From Nostoc sp. DedSLP01 (lineage in GTDB: Bacteria; Cyanobacteriota; Cyanobacteriia; Cyanobacteriales; Nostocaceae), in assembly GCA_034530875.2 (NCBI GenBank), contig JAVRCJ020000018.1, positions 64,001-128,000 of the forward strand: a DNA stretch of 64,000 nucleotides. The letters run 5' to 3'. A program made the position numbers and the translations under genes. This document shows, piece after piece, positions 38,643 to 49,021 of this stretch (position 1 is the stretch's first letter; the number at the start of each line of letters is the position of its first letter). The notes beneath the pieces are model-generated. The model made no database searches. It saw only the letters and a list, made by a program, of their open reading frames with translations, and was not told the origin of the DNA.

Positions 38643-38717
38643 GTTAAAGGGGAAAGGGTAAGGGGGAAAGGGGAATAAAAAACCTTTAACCCTTACCCTT
38701 TAACCTTTTCCCCTTAC
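38643..38717. repeat. STRR-type heptamer inverted array between convergent genes
   Basis: GGTTAAAGGGGAAAGGGTAAGGGGGAAAGG followed by CCTTTAACCCTTACCCTTTAACCTTTTCCCC. Confidence 0.7.
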
Positions 38718-38737
38718 CAATCTCTATTATGCGATCG

Positions 38738-39739
38738 CTATCTAGCCAAACTTGAAGGAGTTTGGTTAGCAAAGCTTTTGTCCGTTAATTCTGTGGGTGA
38801 GTTCGCCCGCACAGCGCGGAACATTCCAAATCGGCACAACCCCGTACCAAATGCCAAACGCATCAGCAATAAAGTCGGCACTTCGCGCACAGACTTGATA
38901 AAACCAGATACTCCAAAACGCACCAATCCGCTTGGCCTAGCTATCCCTTGCCAAATCGAATCTAACCAAGAAGGAAGCGTTTCTGGCGTCCAATCTGCCG
39001 TAATTACCTTTCCTTCGACTAATTTTGTCTCTTCTAGAAGCTCGCTAAACCCTTCTATACTGGAAAATGCCGGATGAGACCACTGTTCGAGGAGTTGTTT
39101 CATCACTGGTTTTTCCCAGAAATTTAGCGGTTTGTGGCGGTCATCCCTCTGATTCCAGTCAGCTACAACCAATATTCCACCAGGCTTTAGCACCCGCATC
39201 AATTCTCTAGCAAAAACGGCTTTATCAGGCATGTGGGGGCCGGCTTCAATCGACCAGACTACATCAAAACTGGCATCTGGAAATGACAATGCCATCGCAT
39301 CATCGACCGCAAACTGGGCGTTAACTCCTGGAGGCGTTAACTCTTGAGCGCGTTTCACCTGCTGGGGGCTGATGGTAATCCCTGTGACAGCAAATCCATA
39401 ATCTCGCGCTAAAATCCGGCTACTGCCGCCAATACCGCAGCCAACATCTAAGACGGTAGTACCGGGAGGTAATTTATCTAAACCACCCCATTTAACCATT
39501 TCATGTACAAAGTCAGATTTAGCAGCCAAAAAATCCTTGCGTCGTGGCGGCGAACCGTAGTGACCGAGGTGAATGTGTTCTCCCCAATAAAACTCTAGGA
39601 TGCCGTCAACAGTCCATTCATCGTAGGAATTGGCGACTGTGACGGAAGATTGATACTTGCGAGCAGTCAGGAAATAAGCCGCAATTCCCATCACCAAAAG
39701 TAGAAGAACACCAATTACAAAATAGAGTAAGGTTGACAT
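38738..39739 (-). CDS. MPBQ/MSBQ methyltransferase (tocopherol/plastoquinone synthesis; Sll0418 type)
   Basis: VANSYDEWT.DGILEFYWGEHIHLGHYG and VLDVGCGIGG; N-terminal TM. Confidence 0.85.
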   Translation of the reverse strand: MSTLLYFVIGVLLLLVMGIAAYFLTARKYQSSVTVANSYDEWTVDGILEFYWGEHIHLGHYGSPPRRKDFLAAKSDFVHEMVKWGGLDKLPPGTTVLDVGCGIGGSSRILARDYGFAVTGITISPQQVKRAQELTPPGVNAQFAVDDAMALSFPDASFDVVWSIEAGPHMPDKAVFARELMRVLKPGGILVVADWNQRDDRHKPLNFWEKPVMKQLLEQWSHPAFSSIEGFSELLEETKLVEGKVITADWTPETLPSWLDSIWQGIARPSGLVRFGVSGFIKSVREVPTLLLMRLAFGTGLCRFGMFRAVRANSPTELTDKSFANQTPSSLAR

Positions 39740-40300
39740 TGTTTTGAAAGCTTCCTATATACCTAACGTAGCTCCTTGGCTGGCAAAACTCAAGTAATAT
39801 AGCAGCATGAGTTGGCTGTAAAGTCTCTTGGGTACTGCTTTTGAGCTTGTTTTTAAAGAAGCAAGCGATCGCCATCATTTAACTTCAGAACCCGCAAGTT
39901 GCACTTTAGAACTGGATTGTCTGACAACCAAAATCGATGTCAAATATTAGCAAAAATATAAAGAAATACAAAGAAATATAAAGAAGAAACTTTTTAGTAG
40001 TACGTGTAGTGCTAGTAAAGCATTATTTTTACGTTGATTTTGTATTACGTTATAGAGCTATGGGCGAACTTACCTTAATTAATAATTAAGTTTTTGAGGT
40101 TGAATTAGAAGCCACAATCAGTTAACAGCATAGGTTACAAAGATATGTACTTGTAGTTATAATGGCCTGTAGAGTTATAAAAATGCGATCGCAGATTCAA
40201 GTGTTATTGTTAGATTGATGAGAAATATTTTTGGTCAAGTGACTATAGAGATACCTCTCCAAATCTAAATCTCTCCATTTTGTGAATCTGGAGATATTCT

Positions 40301-40555
40301 ATGTCAGTTTATATTGGTAATTTATCCCATGAAATTGAAGATGAGGATATCAGACAAGTCTTTTTAACGTATGGGTCTGTTAAAAGAATACTAGTATCTA
40401 CAAAGCAAAAATTAGGTGAGAAGACAGGATTTGCAATTGTAGAAATGGTCACAGACACCGAAGAATTAGCAGCAATGAATGGATTAACAGGTAATGAATG
40501 GATGCCTTATAGCCTAAAAGTTAATAGAGCTAAGACCATCGTAGATGCAGCTTAA
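40301..40555 (+). CDS. Divergent RRM RNA-binding protein (rbp paralog, no Gly-rich tail)
   Basis: MSVYIGNLS RNP2; degenerate RNP1 TGFAIVEM; LKVNRAK. Confidence 0.8.
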   Translation: MSVYIGNLSHEIEDEDIRQVFLTYGSVKRILVSTKQKLGEKTGFAIVEMVTDTEELAAMNGLTGNEWMPYSLKVNRAKTIVDAA

Positions 40556-40680
40556 GTGTGTCTTAGTATATACATAATCCTTGGGTATTTCTGTTGTGGT
40601 TATATAGAAACTAAAATAAGGTTAAAAGAATCCCAATAAATATGATGGTTTAGATTGATAACTGTAACAGCGAGTAGAAA

Positions 40681-40890
40681 TTGAAAATTAAAGCGTTGGA
40701 TGTCAAAGCTGGCGATCGCATTCTTGCATACTGTAAGAACAAACGCCAAATCTGTAAGGTGAAACAAATTTTAGATCTAGATCGGACTAATGTCACGCTT
40801 TCAGTATTCACAACTGAACATTATCGCGGCTGCTTAGTGTCATGCGTAATCAGGTTTCAGGGGGACGCTTTAGTTGAATTAGTCAGCTAA
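40681..40890 (+). CDS. Small hypothetical protein
   Basis: 69-aa ORF, TTG start, beta-rich (SH3/KOW-like) pattern, co-oriented with rbp. Confidence 0.5.
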   Translation: MKIKALDVKAGDRILAYCKNKRQICKVKQILDLDRTNVTLSVFTTEHYRGCLVSCVIRFQGDALVELVS

Positions 40891-41084
40891 TATGTAGAAG
40901 GCACAAGGCAGGATAGAGCAGCGATTCGCCGTGTCCGCGAGCGTCGGCAGAAGGCAGACGGGAAAAGACTTATCCCATCTAATTTCTGGAGATGAGCATT
41001 TTTCATTTAATTCTCTCTACCTACTTATTTTTTCCATTCTTCACCTAAAAGTAGATTTCTATGTAATAATATGAGGTGAGAATT

Positions 41085-41196
41085 AATTCGGTTAACAGCT
41101 TTTGTTTTTAGTATTGACAGGCTTTTTGTTTTTGGTATTTACAAACTTTTCTCCGAAATTTAAATCTCTACACATTTACAATTTCGGAGACAATCC
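41085..41196 (+). promoter_or_regulatory. rbp-type conserved 5' UTR with RBS-sequestering hairpin
   Basis: TTCGG box, TTTGTTTTTAGT box, and TCTCCGAAATT...AATTTCGGAGA 11-bp stem covering the RBS. Confidence 0.75.
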
Positions 41197-41502
41197 ATGT
41201 CAGTTTATATAGGCAATCTTTCTTACGAAGTTACTGAAGATAGTCTGAATGCTGTATTTGCAGAATATGGTTCTGTAAAGCGGGTTCAGTTACCTACTGA
41301 CCGTGAAACAGGTCGTTTACGCGGCTTTGGTTTTGTGGAAATGAGTACAGACGCAGAAGAAAATGCTGCCATTGAGGCTCTTAATGGTGCCGAGTGGATG
41401 GGACGAGACCTAAAAGTAAATAAGGCTAAACCCAGGGAAGATAGAGGAGGTTCATTTGGTGGTGGTAACCGTAGCAATTACGGTGGACGCAACCGTTACT
41501 AA
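41197..41502 (+). CDS. rbp: Cyanobacterial RRM RNA-binding protein with Gly-rich tail
   Basis: VYIGNLSY, RGFGFVEM, WMGRDLKVNKAKPRE, Gly-rich tail ending RNRY. Confidence 0.95.
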   Translation: MSVYIGNLSYEVTEDSLNAVFAEYGSVKRVQLPTDRETGRLRGFGFVEMSTDAEENAAIEALNGAEWMGRDLKVNKAKPREDRGGSFGGGNRSNYGGRNRY

Positions 41503-41565
41503 GCTTTGCTAATTTAGCTCTTTTACCTAACCTCTTAGTTCAATTAATTAACTTAATGTATTAGC

Positions 41566-41594
41566 GGCTCAGGCATTTTTGCTTGAGCCTTTTT
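41566..41594 (+). terminator. Intrinsic terminator
   Basis: GGCTCAGGCA-TTTT-TGCTTGAGCC-TTTTT. Confidence 0.75.
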
Positions 41595-41847
41595 GCTACA
41601 GAATTTTAAGTCGAAGAGCAAGCATGTCTTCATCACCTGTATCAAGGGATTGGGGGCTAGTGACTGGAAGGTGAAAAGTCTTGTTGTGTCTAAGTTTTTT
41701 CATCTGTTAATGTCCTAACTACGTTGACTATTGCTGTAATAAAAATTTTTGGCTCACTTTGTAGGTAAAATATTGAATATTCGTTAGCTATAATGCCGCG
41801 AAAAATTCTTTTTTTGGCAATTTAGTTTAATACTGAGGAATTCAAAA

Positions 41848-42180
41848 ATGTCTACTAACACTGATTTAGTTTCTTATATTCAAGAAAGTGAATTTGAGAC
41901 TCTTTTAGCTGAAGAAAAAGTTGTTGTAGTTGACTTTACTGCTACTTGGTGCGGCCCTTGTCGCCTAATCGCTCCATTAATGGAGCAACTCGCCCAAGAA
42001 TACAAAGATCGCGTCAAAGTCGTGAAAGTAGACGTCGATAACAACAAACCGCTGTTCAAAAAATTTGGTCTTCGCAGTATTCCAGCAGTTTTAATTTTCA
42101 AAGATGCTGAGTTAGTAGAAACTATCGTCGGAGTTTCTCCTTACGAGCAATTCGCCAGTGCGGTTTCTAAACTTCTCTAG
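41848..42180 (+). CDS. Thioredoxin
   Basis: WCGPC active site, RSIP; 110 aa. Confidence 0.95.
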   Translation: MSTNTDLVSYIQESEFETLLAEEKVVVVDFTATWCGPCRLIAPLMEQLAQEYKDRVKVVKVDVDNNKPLFKKFGLRSIPAVLIFKDAELVETIVGVSPYEQFASAVSKLL

Positions 42181-42296
42181 CTTGTTTTTGGGGCGGTTTA
42201 TAGTTCTCCCATTCTTTTGGGAGGTACTAAACCATAATTCTATTACTCCTGAAAATTCTCCTACACATACAATCTACACAATCAGGTGTAGTAACC

Positions 42297-42833
42297 ATGA
42301 ACCCAGAAGCAAAACAAATTCTTAGCGAACTCAGGAGTGAATTTTACTGTATGTTCGCTGCTGCAATGAACACACCAGTGAGGGTAAGTAGCACATCCTA
42401 TAGTAGTAATTCTCCGATTGCATCTTGGATAGATGATAGGCAGCAACTGAATTATTTAAATATATATGCTTACACAGCACCTGACGAATTTAATCCATTG
42501 CGCCCGTTCATTCTTAGACTGGCTATTAATAAAAGTGCGATTCAATTCATGATGAAAAAAAGGCCGCCAAAATGTCAAGGAATGAACCTGATATGGGATT
42601 TTGAGTTAACTGTATTGCCAAAAGAAATTTTAGATTTTCTTCCTTGGATAGTTAGCTTAGTTGAAGCCCGCGATCGAGTTGCACCTTTGCTACTACAACC
42701 ACCACCCCATCCATTTGAATTAAAATTGCCAGATGTCGGATTATACGATCGCGCCTGGACACTTGAAGCTTGCATCCTCACAAAAATGATACAGCCAGCC
42801 AGCATTTTAGTTAATCCAGTCCAACACAACTGA
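42297..42833 (+). CDS. Hypothetical protein
   Basis: 178-aa ORF with ATG start; no recognised motif. Confidence 0.65.
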   Translation: MNPEAKQILSELRSEFYCMFAAAMNTPVRVSSTSYSSNSPIASWIDDRQQLNYLNIYAYTAPDEFNPLRPFILRLAINKSAIQFMMKKRPPKCQGMNLIWDFELTVLPKEILDFLPWIVSLVEARDRVAPLLLQPPPHPFELKLPDVGLYDRAWTLEACILTKMIQPASILVNPVQHN

Positions 42834-42834
42834 A

Positions 42835-43251
42835 TTATGACTGCAAGTTTTCTGTGCTTACAGTTCCATTCGTATCTACCGAGCCATTTATATCAGGACT
42901 TTGTACTACTTTGGTAAAATACTTTAAAGTTGAAGCTAAAGCTAATTGGGAAGCAACTTGATAAGCTGCCTCTTTCGGCATTTCCTTTTCTTGAGTTAAC
43001 AACTCAAAAAAGCTTTCAAAATCACGCATCACGCAATATCTGTGTAATGCAGATTTTCTTTCTATTAGATTAAACTTTTCGTCAATCTTTTCTTTTGCTT
43101 CTGTCTCTGCCTCAGCAATTGAATTGGCAAATCCGCCATTATGACATAATTCACCAAAAATTTTATAGTAATAAGCTTTTCTGCTTAATGATTCCTCTTC
43201 AATGTGAATTGAATGAAACTTGTACTCAATTTTATATTTTTTCGCTTCCAT
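42835..43251 (-). CDS. Hypothetical protein
   Basis: 138-aa ORF with plausible composition; convergent with the preceding ORF. Confidence 0.6.
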   Translation of the reverse strand: MEAKKYKIEYKFHSIHIEEESLSRKAYYYKIFGELCHNGGFANSIAEAETEAKEKIDEKFNLIERKSALHRYCVMRDFESFFELLTQEKEMPKEAAYQVASQLALASTLKYFTKVVQSPDINGSVDTNGTVSTENLQS

Positions 43252-43453
43252 AATATAGATGACATCATACGAGTCACTAAAAATAATCTTGAATTTGTAG
43301 GATTTTCTGCCTCAGCACTGCAACGATAAACTTCTACCCCCGCATTGTTATGTGGGGGATTTTTGAATGCGATCGCATTCAAGTTGGAAGTCTTAATCTG
43401 CTGCGGGAATAATTATCAGAATAGACAGATATTGCAAATGCTTAAGCTGAGAC

Positions 43454-43642
43454 TCATTTGCGAAAATTTCTCTTATTTTGTCTGTGCCTAGTGACTTCTT
43501 TTCGCTTACGTTTTTGCTCTGGCGTTTCAAAATGACGATTCTTTTTCATATCTGGAAAAATACCTGCCTTAGAAACTTTTCGCTTAAAACGACGCAAAGC
43601 TGATTCAATCCCTTCATTATCCTCTACTATTATTTGGGCCAT
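43454..43642 (-). CDS. rpsU: 30S ribosomal protein bS21
   Basis: [19 protein letters not shown]...RHFETP.QKRKRK. Confidence 0.95.
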   Translation of the reverse strand: MAQIIVEDNEGIESALRRFKRKVSKAGIFPDMKKNRHFETPEQKRKRKEVTRHRQNKRNFRK

Positions 43643-43801
43643 TCTATATCCTTGACTTAATTATCGAAACAATCGGGTCTAAAACCGTACTTCATCCAAA
43701 GTTTTTGGAACAAGGTATAAATCCTCGTTACAAAAACGGCCTCCTCCTGCCTCCTGCCTTCGTTAATACTGGTTAGTCTTAAGCCATCCAGTAAATGTGA
43801 G

Positions 43802-43830
43802 AAAAAAAGGACAGACTCATTGTCTGTCCT
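43802..43830 (-). terminator. Intrinsic terminator between rbp and rpsU
   Basis: Minus strand AGGACAGAC-AATGA-GTCTGTCCT followed by a T-run. Confidence 0.75.
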
Positions 43831-43865
43831 GAAGACGTTAGAGTTTATATTTTTGAGTTTAAACT

Positions 43866-44165
43866 TTAGTATCGGTTGCGAGAGCCAGAATTACCTCGGT
43901 TTCCACCAAACGAACCTCTGTCTTCTCTGGGTCTAGCTTTATTCACTTTCAAGCTGCGTCCCATCCACTCAGCACCATCAAGAGCCTCAATAGCAGCATT
44001 TTCTTCTGCATCTGTACCCATTTCTACAAAAGCAAAACCACGCAAACGTCCTGTTTCCCGGTCAGTGGGTAGTGAAACCTGCTTTACAGAACCATATTCT
44101 GCAAAAACAGTATTTAAAGTCTCTTGTGTAACTTCGTATGAGAGGTTACCTACATAAAGTGACAT
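43866..44165 (-). CDS. rbp: RRM RNA-binding protein (rbpA-rpsU arrangement)
   Basis: LYVGNLSY, RGFAFVEM, Gly-rich tail; directly upstream of rpsU. Confidence 0.95.
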   Translation of the reverse strand: MSLYVGNLSYEVTQETLNTVFAEYGSVKQVSLPTDRETGRLRGFAFVEMGTDAEENAAIEALDGAEWMGRSLKVNKARPREDRGSFGGNRGNSGSRNRY

Positions 44166-44429
44166 AAATTGTTTCCAAAATTAAAAGTGTGTAGAGATTT
44201 AAATTTCGGAAACAAGCCTGTCAATAACAAAGAGTAAAAGCCTGTTAATACTAAAAACAATATTTGTGTCCGATTTTTATTCTCACCTCCAACCTTAACA
44301 CGATATTCACTTAACTCTACAGAATATCTTCCTAAAGTCTGAGTGACAGATTGTACAAGGGTAAGTTTTTTATTCATACCTTAATTTTAGCTTAATTTTA
44401 GGTGCGCTATTGTGAAACTGTACTGTAAA

Positions 44430-44575
44430 TACCAATCCGATTTGATTATTTGAAAAATCTAAGTATATGTAGGATGTGTTAGACGTTCCGTCAACGCACT
44501 ATCTTAAGGCTTTGATGCCTTACTCTCAGCAGTAACATACTCTACATGTTTTTCAAAAATCAAATAGGATTCCTA
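44430..44575. mobile_element. MITE (ATTTGATT-TIR family)
   Basis: TACCAATCCGATTTGATT...TGAAAAA / TTTTTCAAAAATCAAATAGGATTCCTA. Confidence 0.7.
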
Positions 44576-45551
44576 TATATTGAAATAATATTAACAAAAA
44601 ATAAATAAGTTAGATACGAGCAATAGCTCTAAAAATAAAAAACAATATTATTACAAATTGAAAAATAATTTGATTTGGTAAAAATAAATTAACAAATCTG
44701 TGCTAATCTAAAAACAGGAATCAAAAAGTATGAATGCAAAAAGGCTTCAAGACAATATTGAGGTAAACTCAATAAAGTTTTTTTGCTCTGGTAAGTCCGC
44801 TTCAATATCGTTATGCTTTTTAGTAACGATAAACAAAAGCCAGATAAGCAAGATAAACACTTTAGTAAGGGCTTGAAGTCAGTCATAGCTTGCTTAAGTA
44901 ATAGCCGGTAATGTTTGGCTATACTACTTAAATCGCCAGATAAAATTACTCTTAGAGTCGAGGAGAAAGACTCTGAGTAGATCGTTGGCAATCCAAAAGA
45001 ATTTAGAACAGTTACAGAACTTGAGACAGGCGATATTAACTATTTTTCATCGCTTTAACTATGTTCTAGGAGTTGCTAACTCTGGAAATAAAAGCTTCCA
45101 GCATTGTACATATATTTTCCCAAAATTAGGGAATTTAACTAGATTGACAAAATTTACCAATACACTGTCTAAACCATAGTATTAAAGGTTGTAAATGCAG
45201 AGATTTTTCTTGGAATCAAGAACTTATTTACCTGCATTAATAGCGAGATAATTCAGTGATTTTTTAGGAATAACTAGAAAAAAGATTCAGCAGCGATCGC
45301 TCGATATTTTATGATATCGAATGCGACAATTATGGCACAAATAACATAGGAAATTTGTAGCAACCATTAAGAGTAAATTGCAATTTTGGTTGGTTGGTTT
45401 CAGAGCAAAAACTCTGTAAAAGTTGAAATTGCTACTAAAAAACTCTGAAGGCTTGAGCAACCGATGAGCGAACTACAACAGCCTACAATACTGATGCCTT
45501 GATTGTCCCCATATCAAATCCTAGCAAAGATATGCGATCGCCAGCTCTTGA

Positions 45552-46619
<1,068 letters not shown>

Positions 46620-46692
46620 ATAATTTATAAGGATGTAATAGGGTGGGTTATTTCTCACCCTTCCTTAATTTTTGTGAGTCTTATACCATCTA

Positions 46693-46994
46693 TAGGACTC
46701 ATATTTGATTTGTGAAATGATACGGCATCAGTTAACGATTTATTTCAAGCTCGGATGATTAGTTATGATTGCAGTCCTCGCGTTACCCCTCCCCAACCCT
46801 CCCCTTGCTAAGGGGAGGGTGCCGTAAGGCGGGTGGGGTGTTTCAGGATTTATAAGTAATTAAGCGAACTTGATATTAGATGCGTTAGGCTACGCCATAA
46901 CACAACGCCAGTTGCTACAACGGAGGGAACCTCCGCAACGCACTGGCTCCCCTACAGATACTTAAATTTTTTCATCAATCAAATCGGACTCCTA
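46693..46994. mobile_element. MITE (ATTTGATT-TIR family) with nested elements
   Basis: TAGGACTCATATTTGATT / AATCAAATCGGACTCCTA; inner element 46742-46875 and nested palindromes. Confidence 0.75.
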
Positions 46995-47073
46995 TACTGT
47001 ATTTTTAGCGGCAGCGATCGCTGTAAAATGTTTGGCTTGATTAATCGAACTCAATTTAAACCACAATCCTCGG

Positions 47074-47103
47074 TAGGGGCTTTACAGCTGTAAAGCCCCT
47101 ACA
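47074..47103. repeat. GTAG-type perfect palindrome (REP-like)
   Basis: GTAGGGGCTTTACAGCTGTAAAGCCCCTAC. Confidence 0.75.
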
Positions 47104-47140
47104 ACGTGGTCTATTTACGTGAAAATTGCTCTAATAGCTA

Positions 47141-48139
47141 CTATCTGCGAAGAAATATTTGCGTTAGGTAAACTTCACCTTTACTATTGATAGCCACACC
47201 TATACCGGTGAGGTTGTAATTTCCTCGAATGTTGGCGAGATGTCCGGAACTGTTGAGCCAGCCTTGCACAGCTTGAGTCGCTGGGTCGCTATAGTTACGA
47301 TTCATCGCTACATTTTCCGCTGCACCTTGGTAGGGAATACCTATCAATTGAATCCGTTGTGAAAAACCGGTATGACCAAATGGGACATTACCATTAGCCA
47401 TATTCCGACTGTGAATTCTGGCTTGATCGTCTATAGCCGAGTTCCGAGTTAAGGCTGGTAGACTTTGGGTACTACGGAATCTGTTAATTTGCTGGTACAC
47501 AGATGCTTCTATAGCCGCAGCATTGCTTGTAGATGTTGTGGATTGGGAACCACCAGAACTACCAGAACCGCTATAACTGCCGGAACCACCAGATGTAGAA
47601 TTTTGGCCAGATGAACGCAAAAAGATTTGTGTGAGGTAGACTTCACCTCTACTATTTGCAGCTACACCAATACCAGTGAGGTTGTAATTACCTCGAATGT
47701 TGTTGAGATGTCCGGAACTGTGAAGCCAGCCTTGCACGGCTTGGGTAGCTGGATCGCTATAGTTACTATTCATGGCCACATTTTCTGCCGCCGATTGGTA
47801 GGGAATAGCGATCGCCTGAATCCGTTGTGAAAAACCGTTATGGCCAAATGGGGTCGTACCATCAGCCATATTCTGACTGTGAACTCTGGCTTGATTATTC
47901 ATTGATGAATTCCGTGTTAAGGCTGGTAAGCCTTGGGAAGCGCGGAATTGATTAATTTGCCTAAAGACAGATGCTTCTATAGCTGCCGTATCGATTGTAG
48001 ATTGTGCCAAATCGTGACTGCGAACTGCTTGGTGTGCGGAATTTGGTGTGTATGTAAAAGCCGGCGCAGAAATAGCGATCGCGCCACCAGTAACCACCAA
48101 AGTCCCTAAAATAAAGCTTTGGATTTTTGTGCGAATCAT
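47141..48139 (-). CDS. Secreted protein with two CAP (SCP/PR-1) domains
   Basis: Signal peptide; two copies of IN.FR...ARxHS.NMA...AENVA...W..SSGH..NI.G separated by a Gly/Ser linker. Confidence 0.92.
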   Translation of the reverse strand: MIRTKIQSFILGTLVVTGGAIAISAPAFTYTPNSAHQAVRSHDLAQSTIDTAAIEASVFRQINQFRASQGLPALTRNSSMNNQARVHSQNMADGTTPFGHNGFSQRIQAIAIPYQSAAENVAMNSNYSDPATQAVQGWLHSSGHLNNIRGNYNLTGIGVAANSRGEVYLTQIFLRSSGQNSTSGGSGSYSGSGSSGGSQSTTSTSNAAAIEASVYQQINRFRSTQSLPALTRNSAIDDQARIHSRNMANGNVPFGHTGFSQRIQLIGIPYQGAAENVAMNRNYSDPATQAVQGWLNSSGHLANIRGNYNLTGIGVAINSKGEVYLTQIFLRR

Positions 48140-48652
48140 TAATAGGGAGGGTCTTTAAGACCTGGGAAAAAAACTTCCGTACATGGTAAGCAGACTCATC
48201 GTTATTAGCCAAATATGCTTTTGGGTAGCTTTTTTGTGTAAAATCTAACATTTTTGTGAAAAATAGCTAACTACCATTAAAATCGGCGAATTTTAAAATG
48301 TTTATTTTTTTAGGGAGAAATACTTAGGATACAGACAACTTCTGCCATCGCTAGCACTCTATAAATTCTAATATGAGTGAGTTTCAAGCTTTCATTGGCA
48401 GAGTTTTATTGTTAGCAAGCAATATTTCTAATTGTAAAGGTGTTGCAACATTGACTTACTATCTAGTTAAAATTTCTGAATATTTGTCCGGCTGCTTACT
48501 TAAGTAATTACGCAAAAGGTGTTTAAGCATACAGCCTGAGAGCCAAGACATAGCTGTTGGCAAGAACTTTAATTCTCGAAGAATAACTGGCTAGTATCGG
48601 AAAGCGATCGCAGATATTAGTCCAATAAGCGATCGTTTGATTCAGCAGATTA

Positions 48653-48752
48653 TAGAACGCATATTTGATTTTTGCCAAGCCAGGCACACCTTTTCCCCGT
48701 TTACTGTTGCCTCTTGCTACGAGTAATTCTCTGAATCAAATCGGATTCCGAT
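48653..48752. mobile_element. Degenerate MITE (ATTTGATT-TIR family)
   Basis: TAGAACGCATATTTGATTTTTG / GAATCAAATCGGATTCC. Confidence 0.6.
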
Positions 48753-49021
48753 AATAACCAACAGCTCTGTGAAAAAATTGATAGAGTATCTTTAGAGTTT
48801 ATCGGGTTTCAACAAACCCTCGTTTGAAATATCAGCAATTACCGCAAAATAGCTAAAGTTAAATTGTTTTGTTTAACTTTAATTTACATAAATCAGTAGC
48901 TCGACAAAACAAATTGTAAACAATTAATGATACTTCTTAACTTTAACAAAAGTAGAAATTAGCATTAATTAATAATCTATCAGCTTAATACTTACGTGTC
49001 TTTCACGAATAGAAACTAAAT

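Noticed and set aside
43336..43360. CCCCCGCAT...ATGTGGGGG hairpin as an IS200/IS605 end remnant
   Set aside because: No terminal TCAA/TCAC at the expected spacing and no transposase remnant; may simply be a terminator downstream of rpsU.
44532..44545. NtcA box GTA-N8-TAC (GTAACATACTCTAC) upstream of nifH
   Set aside because: It lies in the palindromic arm of a MITE about 1.2 kb from nifH, so it is probably coincidental.
44689..45179. ORFs of 100 and 64 aa upstream of nifH
   Set aside because: Non-ATG starts, no motifs, and composition typical of AT-rich intergenic DNA.
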